DNA of 63,278 bases, filler included, from Reclinomonas americana ATCC 50394 (GCA_048213135.1; 17 parts of 17 records of this genome joined end to end with filler, not necessarily neighbours in it), one strand, 5' to 3'. Shown: positions 1 to 16,386, numbered from the whole stretch's first letter. Notes: generated from the letters alone by a model not told the origin. Made by a program: numbers and translations.

Positions 1-1620
1 CGCCGAGTAGAACATGGTCAACATGTTGGTGACAGCAGCGGTGTTCCATCCGCTAATGTCACCGTTGAACGCCGTCGCCCCCTTGAACATGCTCGCCATG
101 TTGGTGACAGCAGCGGTGTTCCACCCGCTAATGTCACCGTTGAATGCCGTCGCTCCCTGGAACATGGTCGACATATCGGTAACGGCAGCGGTGTTCCATC
201 CAACAATGTTCTGGTTGAAAGCCGTCGCCCCATAGAGCATGCTCGCCATGCTGGTGACAGCAGCGGTGTTCCACCCGCTAATGTTCTGGTTGAACGCCGT
301 TGCGCCACGGAACATGTACGACATATCGGTAACGGCAGCAGTGTTCCATCCGCCAATGTTACCGTTGAATGACGTTGCCCCGTAGAACATGCTCGACATG
401 TTCGTGACGGCAGCGGTGTTCCACCCGCTAATGTTCTGATTGAATGCCGTCGCCCCGTTAAACATGCTTACCAAGCTCGTGACGGCAGCCGTGTTCCATC
501 CGCCAATGTTCTGGTTGAACGCCGCCGCCCCATAGAACATGCTCGACATGGTGGTGACAGCAGCAGTATTCCATCCGCCAATGTTCTGGTTGAACGCCGT
601 CGCCAACTTGAACATGCTCGACATGGTGGTGACGGCAGCAGTATTCCACCCGCTAATGTCACCGTTAAAAGCCGTCGCCCCGTTGAACATGTACGACATG
701 TTGGTGACGGCAGCAGTGTTCCATCCATTACAGTTCTGGTTGAACGCCGTCGCCCCGTTGAACATGTACGACATGTTGGTGACTGCAGCAGTGCTCCACC
801 CGCTAATGTCACCGTTGAAAGCCGTCGCCCCGCTGAACATGAACGACATGTTAGTGACGGCAGCAGTGTTCCATCCACTAATGTTCTGACTGAACGCCGT
901 CGCCCCGTTGAACACGCTCGACATGTTGGTGACAGCAGCAGTGTTCCATCCGCCAATGTTCTGGTTGAACGCCATCGCCCCATTGAACATGCTCGTCATG
1001 CTGGTGACGGCAGCGGTGTTCCATCCGCCAATGTTCTGGTTGAATGCCGTCGCCCCATTGAACATGGTCGACATGGTGGTGACGGCAGCGGTGTTCCATC
1101 CGCCAATGTTCTGGTTGAACGCCGTCGCCCCGCTGAACATGCTCGACATATTGGTGACAGCAGCAGTGTTCCACCCGGTAATGTCGCCGTTGAAAGCCGT
1201 CGCCCCCTGGAACATGGCCGACATGTTGGTGACGGCAGAAGTGTTCCATGCGCCAATGTTCTGGTTGAACGCCGCCGCCCCATTGAACATGTTCGTCATG
1301 GTGGTGACGGCAGCGGTGTTCCATCCGCCAATGTTCTGGTTGAACGCCGCCGCCCCATTAAACATGCTCGCCATGGTGGTGACGGCAGCAGTGCTCCACC
1401 CGCCAATGTTCTGATTGAACGCCGCCGCTCCGTAGAACATGCCCGCCATGGTAGTGACGGCAGCAGTGCTCCACCCGCCAATGTTCTGATTGAACGCCGC
1501 CGCCCCGTAGAACATGCTCGACATGTTGGTGACAGCAGCAGTGTTCCATCCGCCAATGCTCTGGTTGAACGCCGTCATCTGGAACATGCTCGTCATGTTG
1601 GTCACCGTGGAAACGTCCCA
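1..1620 (-). repeat. 75-bp coding tandem repeat (~21 units)
   Basis: Period of 75 nt (gaacatg...gtgacggcagcggtgttccatccgccaatgttctggttgaacgccgtcgcccc), in frame on the minus strand. Two unit types: FNQNIGGW and FNGDISGW. Confidence 0.95.
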
Positions 1621-2575
1621 GTTCCAGTTAGCTCCCGCGCCCGTCAACAAAGTGCAGCCCGAAAACGTGCTAGCTAGACTACTAGCGTTGGCTAGGTAGG
1701 GTATGTCGGTGGCTGTGACTTGTAAATTGGCACAACCGGCGAATGCGCTGCTCAGGTCGGTAAAGGCCACATTGCCCCACTGACTGATTCTGGTCAGCTT
1801 CAGCTGATCACCACCGCTGTTGAACTTGAGACCCGCAAACTTGCCCACAATCGTCACAGTGTACGTGCCACTGGCGGCGTACGTCTTCGTCACCGTACCG
1901 GTGGCCACTTGCGAGCTTCCATCGCCCCAAAACACTCTGAAATTGTTGGTTGCGCCGCCAGCCACTGGCAGCTGCAACTGGTTGCTGGCAGTCCCCGCTT
2001 TGGTGGTGTCGAAAACCAAGACGTGGCCAACGGTGCGCGCAGTTGTTTCGTCAGACGCCACCGTCAGCGTCACCGAGGCCGTGGCCGTGTCGATGCCGTC
2101 AGTAGCACGATAGTCAAAGCTCCGCACGACGCCTGCGGTTGGCGCCGTTACGTCCAGCCGCTTGTCGCTGCGTCGTGTGACAACGCTGCCGTCGGCCAGA
2201 GTTGCCGTGCTGCCTGTGCTTGGCAGATTGAAGACCGTGCCCCCGAATGCCGTATCGATCACCGCCGTGACCGCCAGGCCCACCCCGGTGTCGTTGGCAA
2301 GCACGTTGACCACCATCGGCACACCCGCGATAAGCGTCGCCGCATCCGCCACCGCGAGCACCGCGCGCACAGTGACGGGGCGAGCTCCACTCGCAAAAGA
2401 TGACGACTCTGTGGTGGAGTTCTCTGAGCCAGGAACCACCCCCACATGCTGCAGGAAACAGAGACTCACCCACAGTAGCGGACTGATGTTGTGGTGTGTG
2501 CGGCAGCGCCGACACGGCAGCGCAGGCGGTCAGCAGCACGAGAGAGCTCATCAAGAAGACTTGCACCAGTGCCAT
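1..2575 (-). CDS. Secreted DUF285/BspA-like surface repeat protein: signal peptide, Ig-like domain, PKD-like domain, >=21 25-aa repeats; 3' end runs off the window
   Basis: ATG at 2575 (MALVQVFLMSSLVLLTACAAVSA, hydrophobic signal). GT-AG intron 2469-2409, then an open frame to base 1: VNVLANDTG...SFDYRATDG (Ig-like), WGDGSSQ...TYAASGTYTVTI (PKD-like), ISQWGNVAF, then repeats MFNGATAFNQNIGGWNTAAVTNMSS. Confidence 0.9.
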
Positions 2576-3057
2576 GGTCAACGCGAATGCTGGCGTACGC
2601 GTGTGGCGCCGGTGTTGCCAAGCGGCACAACTACGCAGCCGGTGTGCACTCATGTGTCGTATACGAGCAGCGCTCTGCGATGGAGAACGAGCAAGTGCAC
2701 ATGCGGGCGCGAAAAAATGTGCATGAGATGATGACAAACGAAACACACACATACGTACACGCATGCACGCACCGGCGTCAACGTTGCTTGTCGCAGTTAG
2801 CTGGATTGTCGATGAAGCAACAGCGTTCGTGTGATTCAGGGGGAGAGAATGAACGTCTGTTTCACACCGTTTAGTACTACCAGTGGACTGACGGACACCA
2901 AAACGTCGCGCTCTCTCTCTCTCCTCTCATCTCCCTCCTCTTTCATCGTACTGAGCATACCGGCGTACACCACCGCTCCCTGCCTTCTCATCAAACACCA
3001 ACTCACCTGTGACACCCTGACATCCAATCAATCACATCTCACTCAAACACATACATC

Positions 3058-3766
3058 ATGTCTGGAGCCTCGGCCACTCGCTCCTACTGGGACGACGGCG
3101 AGGTCGAATCACTGGCCACACACACCGCCTCCGCCGCCGCACCATCCTCCTCCTCCTCTCACTCCTCGTACAATGCACTGCGCAAGTCTATTGTGGGCCA
3201 CGCGTGTCGCGTTCCCTCTCCACACGCCGCACTCGGCAACTCGCGTCAGCAACTGTACATGGACTGGACGGCGTCGGGTCGCTCGGTGCATGCGATTGAG
3301 CGCTTCCTCGCGGAGAATGTGTTGCCGACGTATGGAAACACACATACTACGGCCTCCCATTGTGGGTTGCAGGTGAGTGGAAAGGGCAAAGGGAGGGAGG
3401 GAGGGGAGAGAGAGAAGGGAGGGAGAGAGAAGAGAAGGATGAAGATCGACTCATACTCTCCCTCTCTCACACACATCCTGTCCACACCCATCCTGTGCTG
3501 CTCAAGCTCTCTTTCTCGCNNNNNNNNNNNNNNNNNNNNNNNNNNNNNNNNNNNNNNNNNNNNTTAATTAATTAANNNNNNNNNNNNNNNNNNNNNNNNN
3601 NNNNNNNNNNNNNNNNNNNTCTCTTGCTTGAAGGATGGTGACTGAAGGCTTGAGAAGCATGCAGTTTGGGGAGCACAGAGAAGCAAGAAGAGTGGCGGAA
3701 GAAGAGAGTGAGTGAAAGAGGGAAGCAGAGAGAGAGAGAGAGAGAGAGAGAACTCATGCTCTCTCT

Positions 3767-3798
<32 letters not shown>

Positions 3799-6700
3799 AC
3801 GGATCATGACTGAAGGATAAGCATGAGAGGGGAGCTGGAGAAGGATGATGACTGAAGGCCTGAGAATCACGCTGGGGGGTGAAGAGCGAGTGCGTTCGTG
3901 AGAGAGTGAGTACCTCACTCACCCCATCCACTCTCTCTTCTCTTTCCCCCCTCTTCGTCCAGTCCACCTGCTTCCGCGAGGAGGCACGACAGATCATTGG
4001 CCGTGCGATGAACGCACGCATTCAGTACACCGACGCCCACTCGGACTGCGTGCTCTTTGTGGGCACGGGAGCCACGGCGGGCAGCAACCGACTCGTGCAC
4101 ATTCTCGGCCTCCACGCTCCGGTGCCTGCAGAGCAGCAGCGTGCTGTGGTCTTTGTGGGACCGCATGAGCATCACAGCAACGAGTTGCCGTATCGCGATG
4201 CACCCGGCTGCGATGTGGTGCGAGTGCCGGAGGATGTGCACGGCAATGTGGATCGCGCGGCGCTGCAGCGCCTGCTGGAGCAGTACAGTGAGCGGCCGCT
4301 GAAGATTGGTGCCTTCTCCGCGTGCTCCAACATTACGGGTGTGTGTGCCGACGTGGACGCGCTGGCCGTGCAGCTGCACTTGGCCGGAGCGCTGGCCGTT
4401 TTTGACTATGCGTGCGCGGCGCCGCACATGGCGGTGGATGTGAACACGGCGCACATGTCAATGCATCCGTCGCGACACGACTACGGCGAGGCGCTCGGCA
4501 CCGAGCTGGAGGAGCAGGCGGCGGCGAATCCGTCGCTCCTGCGCAAAGATGCCGTGTTTCTTTCGCCACACAAGTTTGTGGGCGGCCCGGGCACTCCCGG
4601 TGTTCTGTTGCGTTTTCCCCCCTCAAATTGCTTGTGCTATACGTGTCTCACCTCTGTGTTGTACTCGCAGTGTCCTCAAGCGCGCTCTTTTGCTCGGCCG
4701 CGATCAGCAACCCTCGGCAGCCACTGGTGGCGGCACCGTGTTCTTTGTCACCGACCACTCGCATCGCTACTTGAAGAACGCAGAGGAGCGTGAAGAGGCC
4801 GGCACACCCGACGTGGTTGGCGCCGCGCGCTGCGGCCTCGTCTTCCAGTTGCTGCAGTCGATGCCCGGTGGGGCGGCGGCCATGGAGGCCCGCGAGGCGG
4901 AAATCCTGCAACGCGTCGACGCCCGCCTGCGCGCTCATCCGCACATTGTGTGTCTCGGTCCGGCCGCCGACTCCAGCAAGACGAGACGTGTACCGGTGGT
5001 GTCGTTCCTCGTGCGCGCCCCGGCACCCAGTCGACGCTTCCTGCACTACCAGTTTGTGTGCTCGCTGCTCAACGACGTGTTCGGCATTCAGTCGCGCGGC
5101 GGCTGCGTGTGTGCCGCTCCCTACGGTCTCTCTCTCCTCGGCATTCCGCCGGCGGTGGCCGACACCATTGAGCGCACGTTGGTGGACGGTCTGGCGGAAC
5201 CGCTGCGGCCGGGCTTCACGCGTGTCAGTTTTCCGTTCTTCATGTCGGACGCCGAGGTCGATTACGCCATTGATGCGATCGTCGCCATTGCGGAGGATGG
5301 CTGGCGTTTGATGCCCGAGTACCGCTCCAATGCACGCACCGGTGCCTTCAAGCACCGCTCGCGTGCCACCCGCTTCCCGGAACGTCTGTGGCTGGCCCAA
5401 TTCGCACTCGACGACTCAGCGTCACCACCAGCACCTCTGGCGGCAGAGGTGGACGACGCCACATACGAGGCGACACTGCGTGAGCAGCTGGCCGATGGCA
5501 CCGCTCTTTTGCAGGCCGGTGCGTCAATGGAGAGTGATCACACGGCGGTGGCTGAGCCGGATGTGTGTGCGCCGTCCATTAGGTGGTGGATGACGCCGGG
5601 CGAGGCCAGACTGCTGTTGAGTGACCGACTGGCGGTGAACAGCGATGAGGAGGAGGCGTGGATGGTCGGTGTCATGTGTCCGCGTGCGTATGTCGCACAG
5701 GCAACTGGAGAAGCAGCATCGTCATCCAGCGCAGGAGGAGCTGCAGCGGCAGCCGCGAGTCCGAACGGTGACAAGGGGTCTGATGGATCGGGCGCGTTCT
5801 GCCCGATGATCACTCCCTCGGCTCGTGCGGCGGCCACGCAGCACCTGGCGACCATGATCGATGACCTGATCGTGTCGACCAAGGCCACCGTGGGCTCCTC
5901 GCTGCGCCGTGTACCGCCGCGCAAGCTGTACAGGATTGTGGTCGAGGCCGTCACCGTCTTCAACATGATCAAGGACGGCGATCGTGTGCTGCTCGGTCTG
6001 TCCGGCGGCAAGGACTCGCTGGCACTACTGCACATTTTACTGGAGATGCAGCGCAAGTCGGCGTTGCGGTTTGAGGTCTGTTGACGCCGAGTGATGAGGA
6101 GGAGAGATGTGTCGCTGTGTGCTCACCATGTGTTGTGTGTTGCGTCGCCGCAGCTCGGTTGCGCCACTGTCGATCCGGGCGATCAGTCGGCCTTCAACCC
6201 GCGACCGCTGTGCCGCTACGTGGAGGCTCTCGGCGTGCCGTACTTTTATCTGGAGCAAGATATTTATGGGGCGGCTGCCGGCGGCTCCATGCGTGGCGAA
6301 TCGATTTGTGCATTCTGTTCGCGGATGAAGCGCGGTTCGTTGTATTCATGTGCGCGACGCCACGGATACACGGTGCTCGCACTGGCGCAACATCTGGACG
6401 ACTTTGCGGAAAGCATGTTCATGTCGGTGTTCCGCAACGGCCTGCTGCGCACGATGAAGGCCAATTATCTCGAGAAGGGCGGCGACGTGCGTGTCATTCG
6501 GCCGCTGTGCTTTGTGCGCGAGCATGCCACCAAGGAGTTTGCGTACTCGTCGGGCTTGCCGGTGATTCCCGACAACTGCCCCGGCTGCTTCGAGGGCCCG
6601 AAGGAGCGTGAGCGCGTCAAGAAGCTCCTGAAGCGCGAAGAGGCGCAACTCGGCGGCGGCCACCTGTTCGGCTCCATTCGTCGGGCCATTCAGCCACTCA

Positions 6701-6909
6701 TGGCACTTGGCGAGCTCGAGTGGCATGACGACATGGGCCAGCTGGGCAACATGGCAGGCGAGGCGGTGTTGCTGACAGTGCGTCATCCGGCGACTGTGGC
6801 GGCGGCGGCGGCGGCGGCGGCGGCAGTGGTGGGAGAGGTGAATGGGCACGTCGCGATCGGTGAAGCATCATCGTCGTCGTCGGTGGCGGTGGAAGGTGGA
6901 GAACGATAG
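3058..6909 (+). CDS. Fusion of a class-V aminotransferase/cysteine desulfurase-like domain with a TtcA-like tRNA 2-thiolation (PP-loop) domain
   Basis: Exons 3058-3372, 3963-4606, 4671-6075, 6154-6909. N-half motifs: YMDWTASGR, YGNTHT, EHHSN, DYACAAP, SPHKFVGGPG (PLP Lys), SRGGCVCAAPY (catalytic Cys region). C-half motifs: GLSGGKDS, CAFCSRMKRG, LAQHLDD, IRPL, CPGC. The desulfurase C-terminal part and the PP-loop lie in the same exon and frame. Confidence 0.92.
3520..3619. other. Assembly gap with artificial six-frame-stop linker (first of 16)
   Basis: N-run + TTAATTAATTAA + N-run. Others begin near 7598, 15186, 16799, 30141, 31412, 34622, 37086, 39575, 43017, 44654, 46340, 49480, 51281, 56449, 60505. 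Confidence 0.97.
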
Positions 6910-7235
6910 GCGAATGAATTAGTATCAGCGGTTTAGAAATGTGGAGGGGGGTGAAGGGAAAGGGTTGCGTGGACAAGGGCGACGAAACAATGTCTTGATG
7001 ACCAAGTTCAACCGTATCATGTGGGCTTCGATATCGTACAACATCGATATCTCTGAAGTCTGAATTCCAAAACGCGGGGAAAGCTCATGAGACCATTACA
7101 CAGCCTCCGCACTGCTATTGGCGCACGAGAACAGCACCGCACGAGCCACGCACAACTTCACCTCAAAATCCACCACCTCACCGACGGATCAACGGAGATC
7201 AGTTTTCCCAGATCATCAGCGCACACAAGTGATTG

Positions 7236-7909
7236 ATGTACGGGCCTCCGCACTGGAGCACGGGCCTCTTCGAGGTGTGCGAGGACAAGGGCACGTGGTA
7301 AGTCTCTCCCTCTCCCACACACTCACACTCTCACACACACACACACACTCTCATGTTAATCAATCACTTGCCCCTCGCAGTGTGCGTGGCGCCTGCTGTC
7401 CATGCGTGCTGGCAGCAGAGAACAAGGCGCGCATGTTGCGTTCCACTCTCATCCTCTCATCCTCTCTCTGCGTAGTCACTCTCTCACAATCTACACACAG
7501 TGACGGACGCAAGACGACGTTTTTCGACTGCTTGTTGCGTCCCTCTCTCTCTCTCTCTCTCTCTCCACACACACACTCCTTGACTCGCACACACACANNN
7601 NNNNNNNNNNNNNNNNNNNNNNNNNNNNNNNNNNNNNNNNNTTAATTAATTAANNNNNNNNNNNNNNNNNNNNNNNNNNNNNNNNNNNNNNNNNNNNGGC
7701 TGGTGGCCTACATGAAGAGGCCACAGGAGGACCCGATGTTGGCCACGCGACTCATCCCCACGGTGCCTCTGACGGCCGCCAATGCCGACGAGGTCGAGGC
7801 CTTTAAGAAGAAGCAAAAGAAGAAGATTCGCAAGGCCATGAGTCCCAGCAGCGGCATGGGAAGTCCCATGGCCAGTAGGCAGGTGGCGTCGCCGTCGTCC
7901 ATGTTGTAA
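7236..7909 (+). CDS. PLAC8-family Cys-rich protein (middle lost in gap)
   Basis: Exons 7236-7297, 7381-7434, 7501-7533 splice to MYGPPHWSTGLFEVCEDKGTCVRGACCPCVLAAENKARIDGRKTTFFDC (WSTGLF and CCPC motifs). Probable last exon ends at TAA 7909 after the gap. Confidence 0.8.
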
Positions 7910-7968
7910 TTAAATGCAGTGAGAGAGGAGTGGTGTTTTACCTCGCTCGGAAGGGAGCGACAGCAGTG

Positions 7969-8022
<54 letters not shown>

Positions 8023-8615
8023 TGGTGTTTAGTCGCTCGCAGGGAATGACAGCCAGCAGTGGCAGGGATGACCAGAAGGCAAGTGGCCTCGAGCTCGCCG
8101 TAATTCAATGAGAGAGAAATGGTGTTTTGTTGCTCAGGGGTACGTATGACAAGCTGGCGATCAGGAGTGGGAGGGATAACCAGAAGGCAAGCTCTTTCTC
8201 ACTGAATTATGGTGAGGCCACTTCTTCTCATGGCACTGCAGGGATTCATTCATCGCCAATCTTGGTCTGTCGTTCCTCTGAGCGAGTGAACATCTCTCAC
8301 TGATTAATTACGGCGAGCGGCGCGACGAATGAGTCCCAGTAGTGATGAGAAGAAGCGTGGCCTCGAGCTCGCCGTAATTCAATGAGAGAGAAAAAATTGT
8401 GGGGAACGACAGCATAGCGATCAGCAGTGGCATGGGAAGAAGTGTGGCCTCTCCGTCATCCACGTTGCAAGTACAGGGGAACAACGTGTTGGCGATCAGT
8501 GAGTCCCAGCAGTGGCACGGGAAGACGTGTGGCCTCTCCGTCGTCATCCACGATGCAACCAAACAAGAGAGAGAAATGGAGTTTACTCGCTCAGGGGAAC
8601 GCCAAGTTGGCAATC
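7840..8615. repeat. Degenerate ~90-120-bp tandem repeats between two convergent stop codons
   Basis: Recurrent cagcagtggca(t)gggaag...gtggcctc...taattcaatgagagagaaatggtgttt...cgctcagggg. Confidence 0.7.
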
Positions 8616-9860
8616 AGCGAGTCGGCAAGGCCTTCGTCTGGCCGCAGGAACTCGTCCATGTCGATGCCCCCTGAACCGTCGTCGTCGAACACTGCGCGCG
8701 AAGGGAAGAGATGACTGGTTACTCATCGATCGCACGCACGCGCATTGGCGCAGAGAGCAGCGCACCAGCCCACACACAGTCGATCACTGAGCGCATGTCC
8801 GCCGCCCGACTCAGGTCTGATCCTACCACACGATAAGTGGCCGCACACACGACAGCGAGGAAGCAAAGGAAGCGTACAACACACCCATATGGAACGTCTT
8901 CAGCAGCGCTCGCACCAACTCCTCCTTCTCCAGCGTCCCCGTGCCATCGTCGTCCCAGTAGTTGAACCACTCGCACCTGCACTCCATCACTCAGCACACA
9001 CACAAGCCTCTCTGCATCCACAGTCACTCGCAACTTGTCGCGTCGCAGATCCGGTGGTTCACCCTTGGCCTGCCGCGGAAACGCGCGCCGCAAGTACACC
9101 AGCAGCCCGTGCTTCGGATCCAACAGCTACACACACGCACGCACGCACGCATCAACATCTACGCGCACGCCATCACCCGCAGCGAGAAGAGGGCGGAAGG
9201 AAAAAAACCTCGTGTGCCTCGATACACCCGTCACCGTTCGGATCCCACGTGGACCACACGGCGCCACTGATCGCCGACTCGGCCGCTCGCCGATCAATGG
9301 GGAACTGAGCCGCCAGCACCGTTAACACTTCGGTGCGGTCCAGTGCCCCACTCCCGTCGACATCGACCAGGCGGAACCACAGTGCAGGGTCGTCCGCCGG
9401 TCGCGGCAACTCCATGGTGTCATCATACGGCGATCTATAATACAAAATGAGGCAACAACTTGTAATTGCTTATGGACTTGTGCGTGTGTGTGGCTTGCAC
9501 CTGCAGAGTGGACACAAACGCGATCCATGCGCGCCTCTCGTAAAGGCGGACACGCAGTCGGTGTGAAACAGGTGGCGACACGCGCGCGCAAAGCCGCCTC
9601 TGCCTTTGTGCGAGATCAGGCACGACAGAGGCCGCTCACACAGCGCATCGTAGCAGATAGGACACTGACAATAGAGAGAGAGAAAAAGGAGAGTGAGACA
9701 ACAATAGATATCAGAGTGTAAGAGGATCTTTCTGACCTCGTCAAAGGAGGCCGCGAGATCAGCAGACACGCGGGAGATTGAGAGTGGAGCAAGCTGCGCG
9801 TCACACATATGAGAGACATGGCGAGGGGAGCAGGGAGGACGGGAGACACGCAACGCTCAT
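8591..9860 (-). CDS. RING-H2 plus four EF-hand protein (putative Ca2+-responsive E3 ligase)
   Basis: Eight exons splice in frame; the first is 6 nt (ATGAGC). RING-H2: CPIC..CRHLFHTDC..CPLC. EF loops: DVDGSGALDRTE, DPNGDGCIEAHE, DDDGTGTLEKEE, DDDGSGGIDMDE. Stop TGA at 8593-8591. Confidence 0.88.
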
Positions 9861-9942
9861 ATGACAACAAGGTGACTGCTTGGTGTTCGCTGCGCGAGTT
9901 CTGTCTCTGTCTGTCCACTCTCTCACTCTCTCGCTCTTTGTC
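9861..9942. promoter_or_regulatory. Putative compact bidirectional promoter
   Basis: Only 82 nt separate the divergent start codons at 9860(-) and 9943(+). Confidence 0.5.
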
Positions 9943-14024
<4,082 letters not shown>

Positions 14025-14447
14025 GCAACTCGCAGGGAGCTGGGAGGGCGGCTCCGTCCGTTTCGTTAGTGTTTTTCTCAATCGTTGAAATCATTCCCCC
14101 GGGTCGACGCGACTGGTCGGGTGGAAGCAAAATGTATCACTCAAGTGTTTTTAAGCCAAGGAAGGGAGGGAGGAAGAGAGAGAAGGGTGGCGACATTCTC
14201 TGTACGCAAAGCTGCACCAAGAAATGCATGAGGCCAGCTGCGAGGAGGAGGGGGCGCCAGAGAGGAGAGCTCGGATTTCTCTCCAGACTACGACTGTTGG
14301 CCTGCAACGTCGACACCGTACTAACTGCGTGGCTGTCGGCTGTCGGCAGTCGGGCTACCATTCTCCAGATCGTCTCACAAGCACCCTCTACCCACCAATG
14401 ATGCGATTGACTCAACAGCCCTTGCCTTGTATCAAGCACCACATTTT

Positions 14448-16386
14448 TCACTTGCGCTTGCGCTCCATCAGCTCCAACACGCGTCGTCGGAAGATCTCTG
14501 GGTGGAAGTAACTGTTGGCGTCAAAGAACTCTGCCGCATCCCACTCGGCCTTCAGCAGCAAGCCACCACCGGCGGCCTCCAGCGGCGACATGCGGTACGT
14601 GTTCCACAGTGAGGTGCTGCTGGGGAATAGCGCAATCTCCACCTCGTACTGATGACCGAAGCGCTCCATGCCAGTGCTCACGCGCACCGTCTCCTGTGTA
14701 CGCACAAGCACATATTGTAGTTGAGCTTCGGGGAAGAAGGGAGGGTGGGACGGAAGCACATGCACGCAACAGCCGGCGACTTGGCCACAAAGATCGAATG
14801 CTTCTCCACAAAGTACTCGGAGACAATGAGGCCGAGGTAGATGGCGAAAAAGGCGCTGGAGCCGAGCACCAGCTTGAGGTAGCCGCCATTGTCGGTGAGG
14901 TTGCCGGCGAAGAAGTAGTTCCAGATGGCCAGTGCCACGGCGCCGAGCATCACAAAGATGCGCACAGTGGAGGTGGTGCGGTCGAGGCGCATGCCGCGGT
15001 CGCGACAAAAGTACTGTAGGGTGAGGGGGGAGAATAAAGGAGAGGGAGGATGAGAAGGAGAAGGTGAAGGAGAAGGTGAAGGAGAAGGAGAAGGAGGAGG
15101 AGAAGGAGGAGGAGATGAGAAGAAGAGACAGTAAGAGTGCAGAGGAGCGAGAGAAAGTGAGGAGGAGAGAGAGAAGGAGAGAGCAANNNNNNNNNNNNNN
15201 NNNNNNNNNNNNNNNNNNNNNNNNNNNNNNTTAATTAATTAANNNNNNNNNNNNNNNNNNNNNNNNNNNNNNNNNNNNNNNNNNNNGGTTATGGGAGAAA
15301 GAGAAGATGAGGTGAGGTGGAGAGGAGGAAGTACGGGGAGGGTGGGGAGGAAGACAGAAGAGAAGCGAGAGAAAAGCAGTGAAGGGAGGGGAGAGACGGG
15401 CGGTGATGATGGAAAGTGGAGATGGAGAGGAAGAAAGAGAGGAATGTGCAGCAGGAGTGAATGAGAAGACAGCGATGAAGGAATGAAGCTGGAGACATTG
15501 GAGAGACGAGAAGAAGGGAGACGGAGAAAGAGCGAGAGGAGGAGGAGAGGAAGACAGAGAGAAGGACGGAGAGAAGGGAGAAAAACAGGAAAGGAATGAG
15601 GCTGGAGGCAGTCGGGAGAGATGCGAAAGAGGAAGAGAAGAAGGGGAGGGCAGGGGGAGTAAGAGACAAGGGAGAAGTAGGAAGATGCAGAGGAAGAGAT
15701 GGAGAGTGCGACAGGGGAGAAGGTGAAGGAAACGCAGAAGGCGGGGAGAGAGAGAATGAAAAGGGAAGAACAGAGGGAGGAAAAAGGTGGAGAGTGAGAG
15801 GAATAGAAGAAGGCAAGGGAGGGAGAGTGAGAGACAACGGAGAAAGTAGATAGATGCAGAGGAAGAGATGGAGGAAGATGGAAACGACAGAGATGTTGAG
15901 AGAAAGGGAAGAAGAGCAGTGGAGGGCGACCAGAGTAGTAGTTACATGATGGAGAGTACGAAGGGCGAAGATGAAGGAAACGCAGAAGGCACAGAGAGAG
16001 AGAGAGAGAGGAGAAGAAGAGATGTGTATGAGAGAGAGAGAAAGAAATGGGAAAGAAAGAGAGGCGGAGAGTGAGGGGAAGAGAACAAGAGATGCACGAA
16101 AGACAGGACCTATGGATGAGGAGACGAGAGAGAACGAGATAACAAGAGAAGCGAGGCAAATTGGAATGCATGCTCAAATCACTTGCCCTTCTCCCCCAGT
16201 CTCTCTCTCCCCCTCTTCTACACACACAAACGACGCAACATCCTCCAACTCCTCGTCCATTACTCGCTTCAGCCCAAACGCATCGTACAAGTGCACACGT
16301 GGCGGCGATGGCAACTGCGCGCCACTGGCCGAGGCCGCGTGCTCTGCCAGAGAGGCAACCGCCGCGGCCTGTCCAGGCGGCGCCAT
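14448..16386 (-). CDS. SPCS2: Signal peptidase complex subunit 2 (SPC25)
   Basis: VHLYDAFGLKRVMDE, two TM helices, EKHSIFVA, VSTGMERFGHQY, AEFFDANSYFH, C-terminal KRK. Three exons across one gap. Confidence 0.82.

Noticed and set aside
1..1620. CRISPR-like periodic repeats
   Set aside because: Contiguous 75-bp in-frame coding units with no unique spacers and no cas genes.
1..2575. Bacterial contaminant contig
   Set aside because: It has a phase-consistent GT-AG intron and is joined without a gap to an intron-bearing eukaryotic gene.
3564..3575. TTAATTAATTAA palindrome as a biological motif
   Set aside because: Always centred in N-runs; it is an artificial six-frame stop linker. Genes splice collinearly across several gaps, so contig order there looks real.
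15239..16200. Long Ser/Leu/Pro- or Glu/Arg-rich ORFs (also 33707-35221, 38602-39630, 61524-62004)
   Set aside because: Translations of intronic micro- and minisatellites that lack stops by composition.
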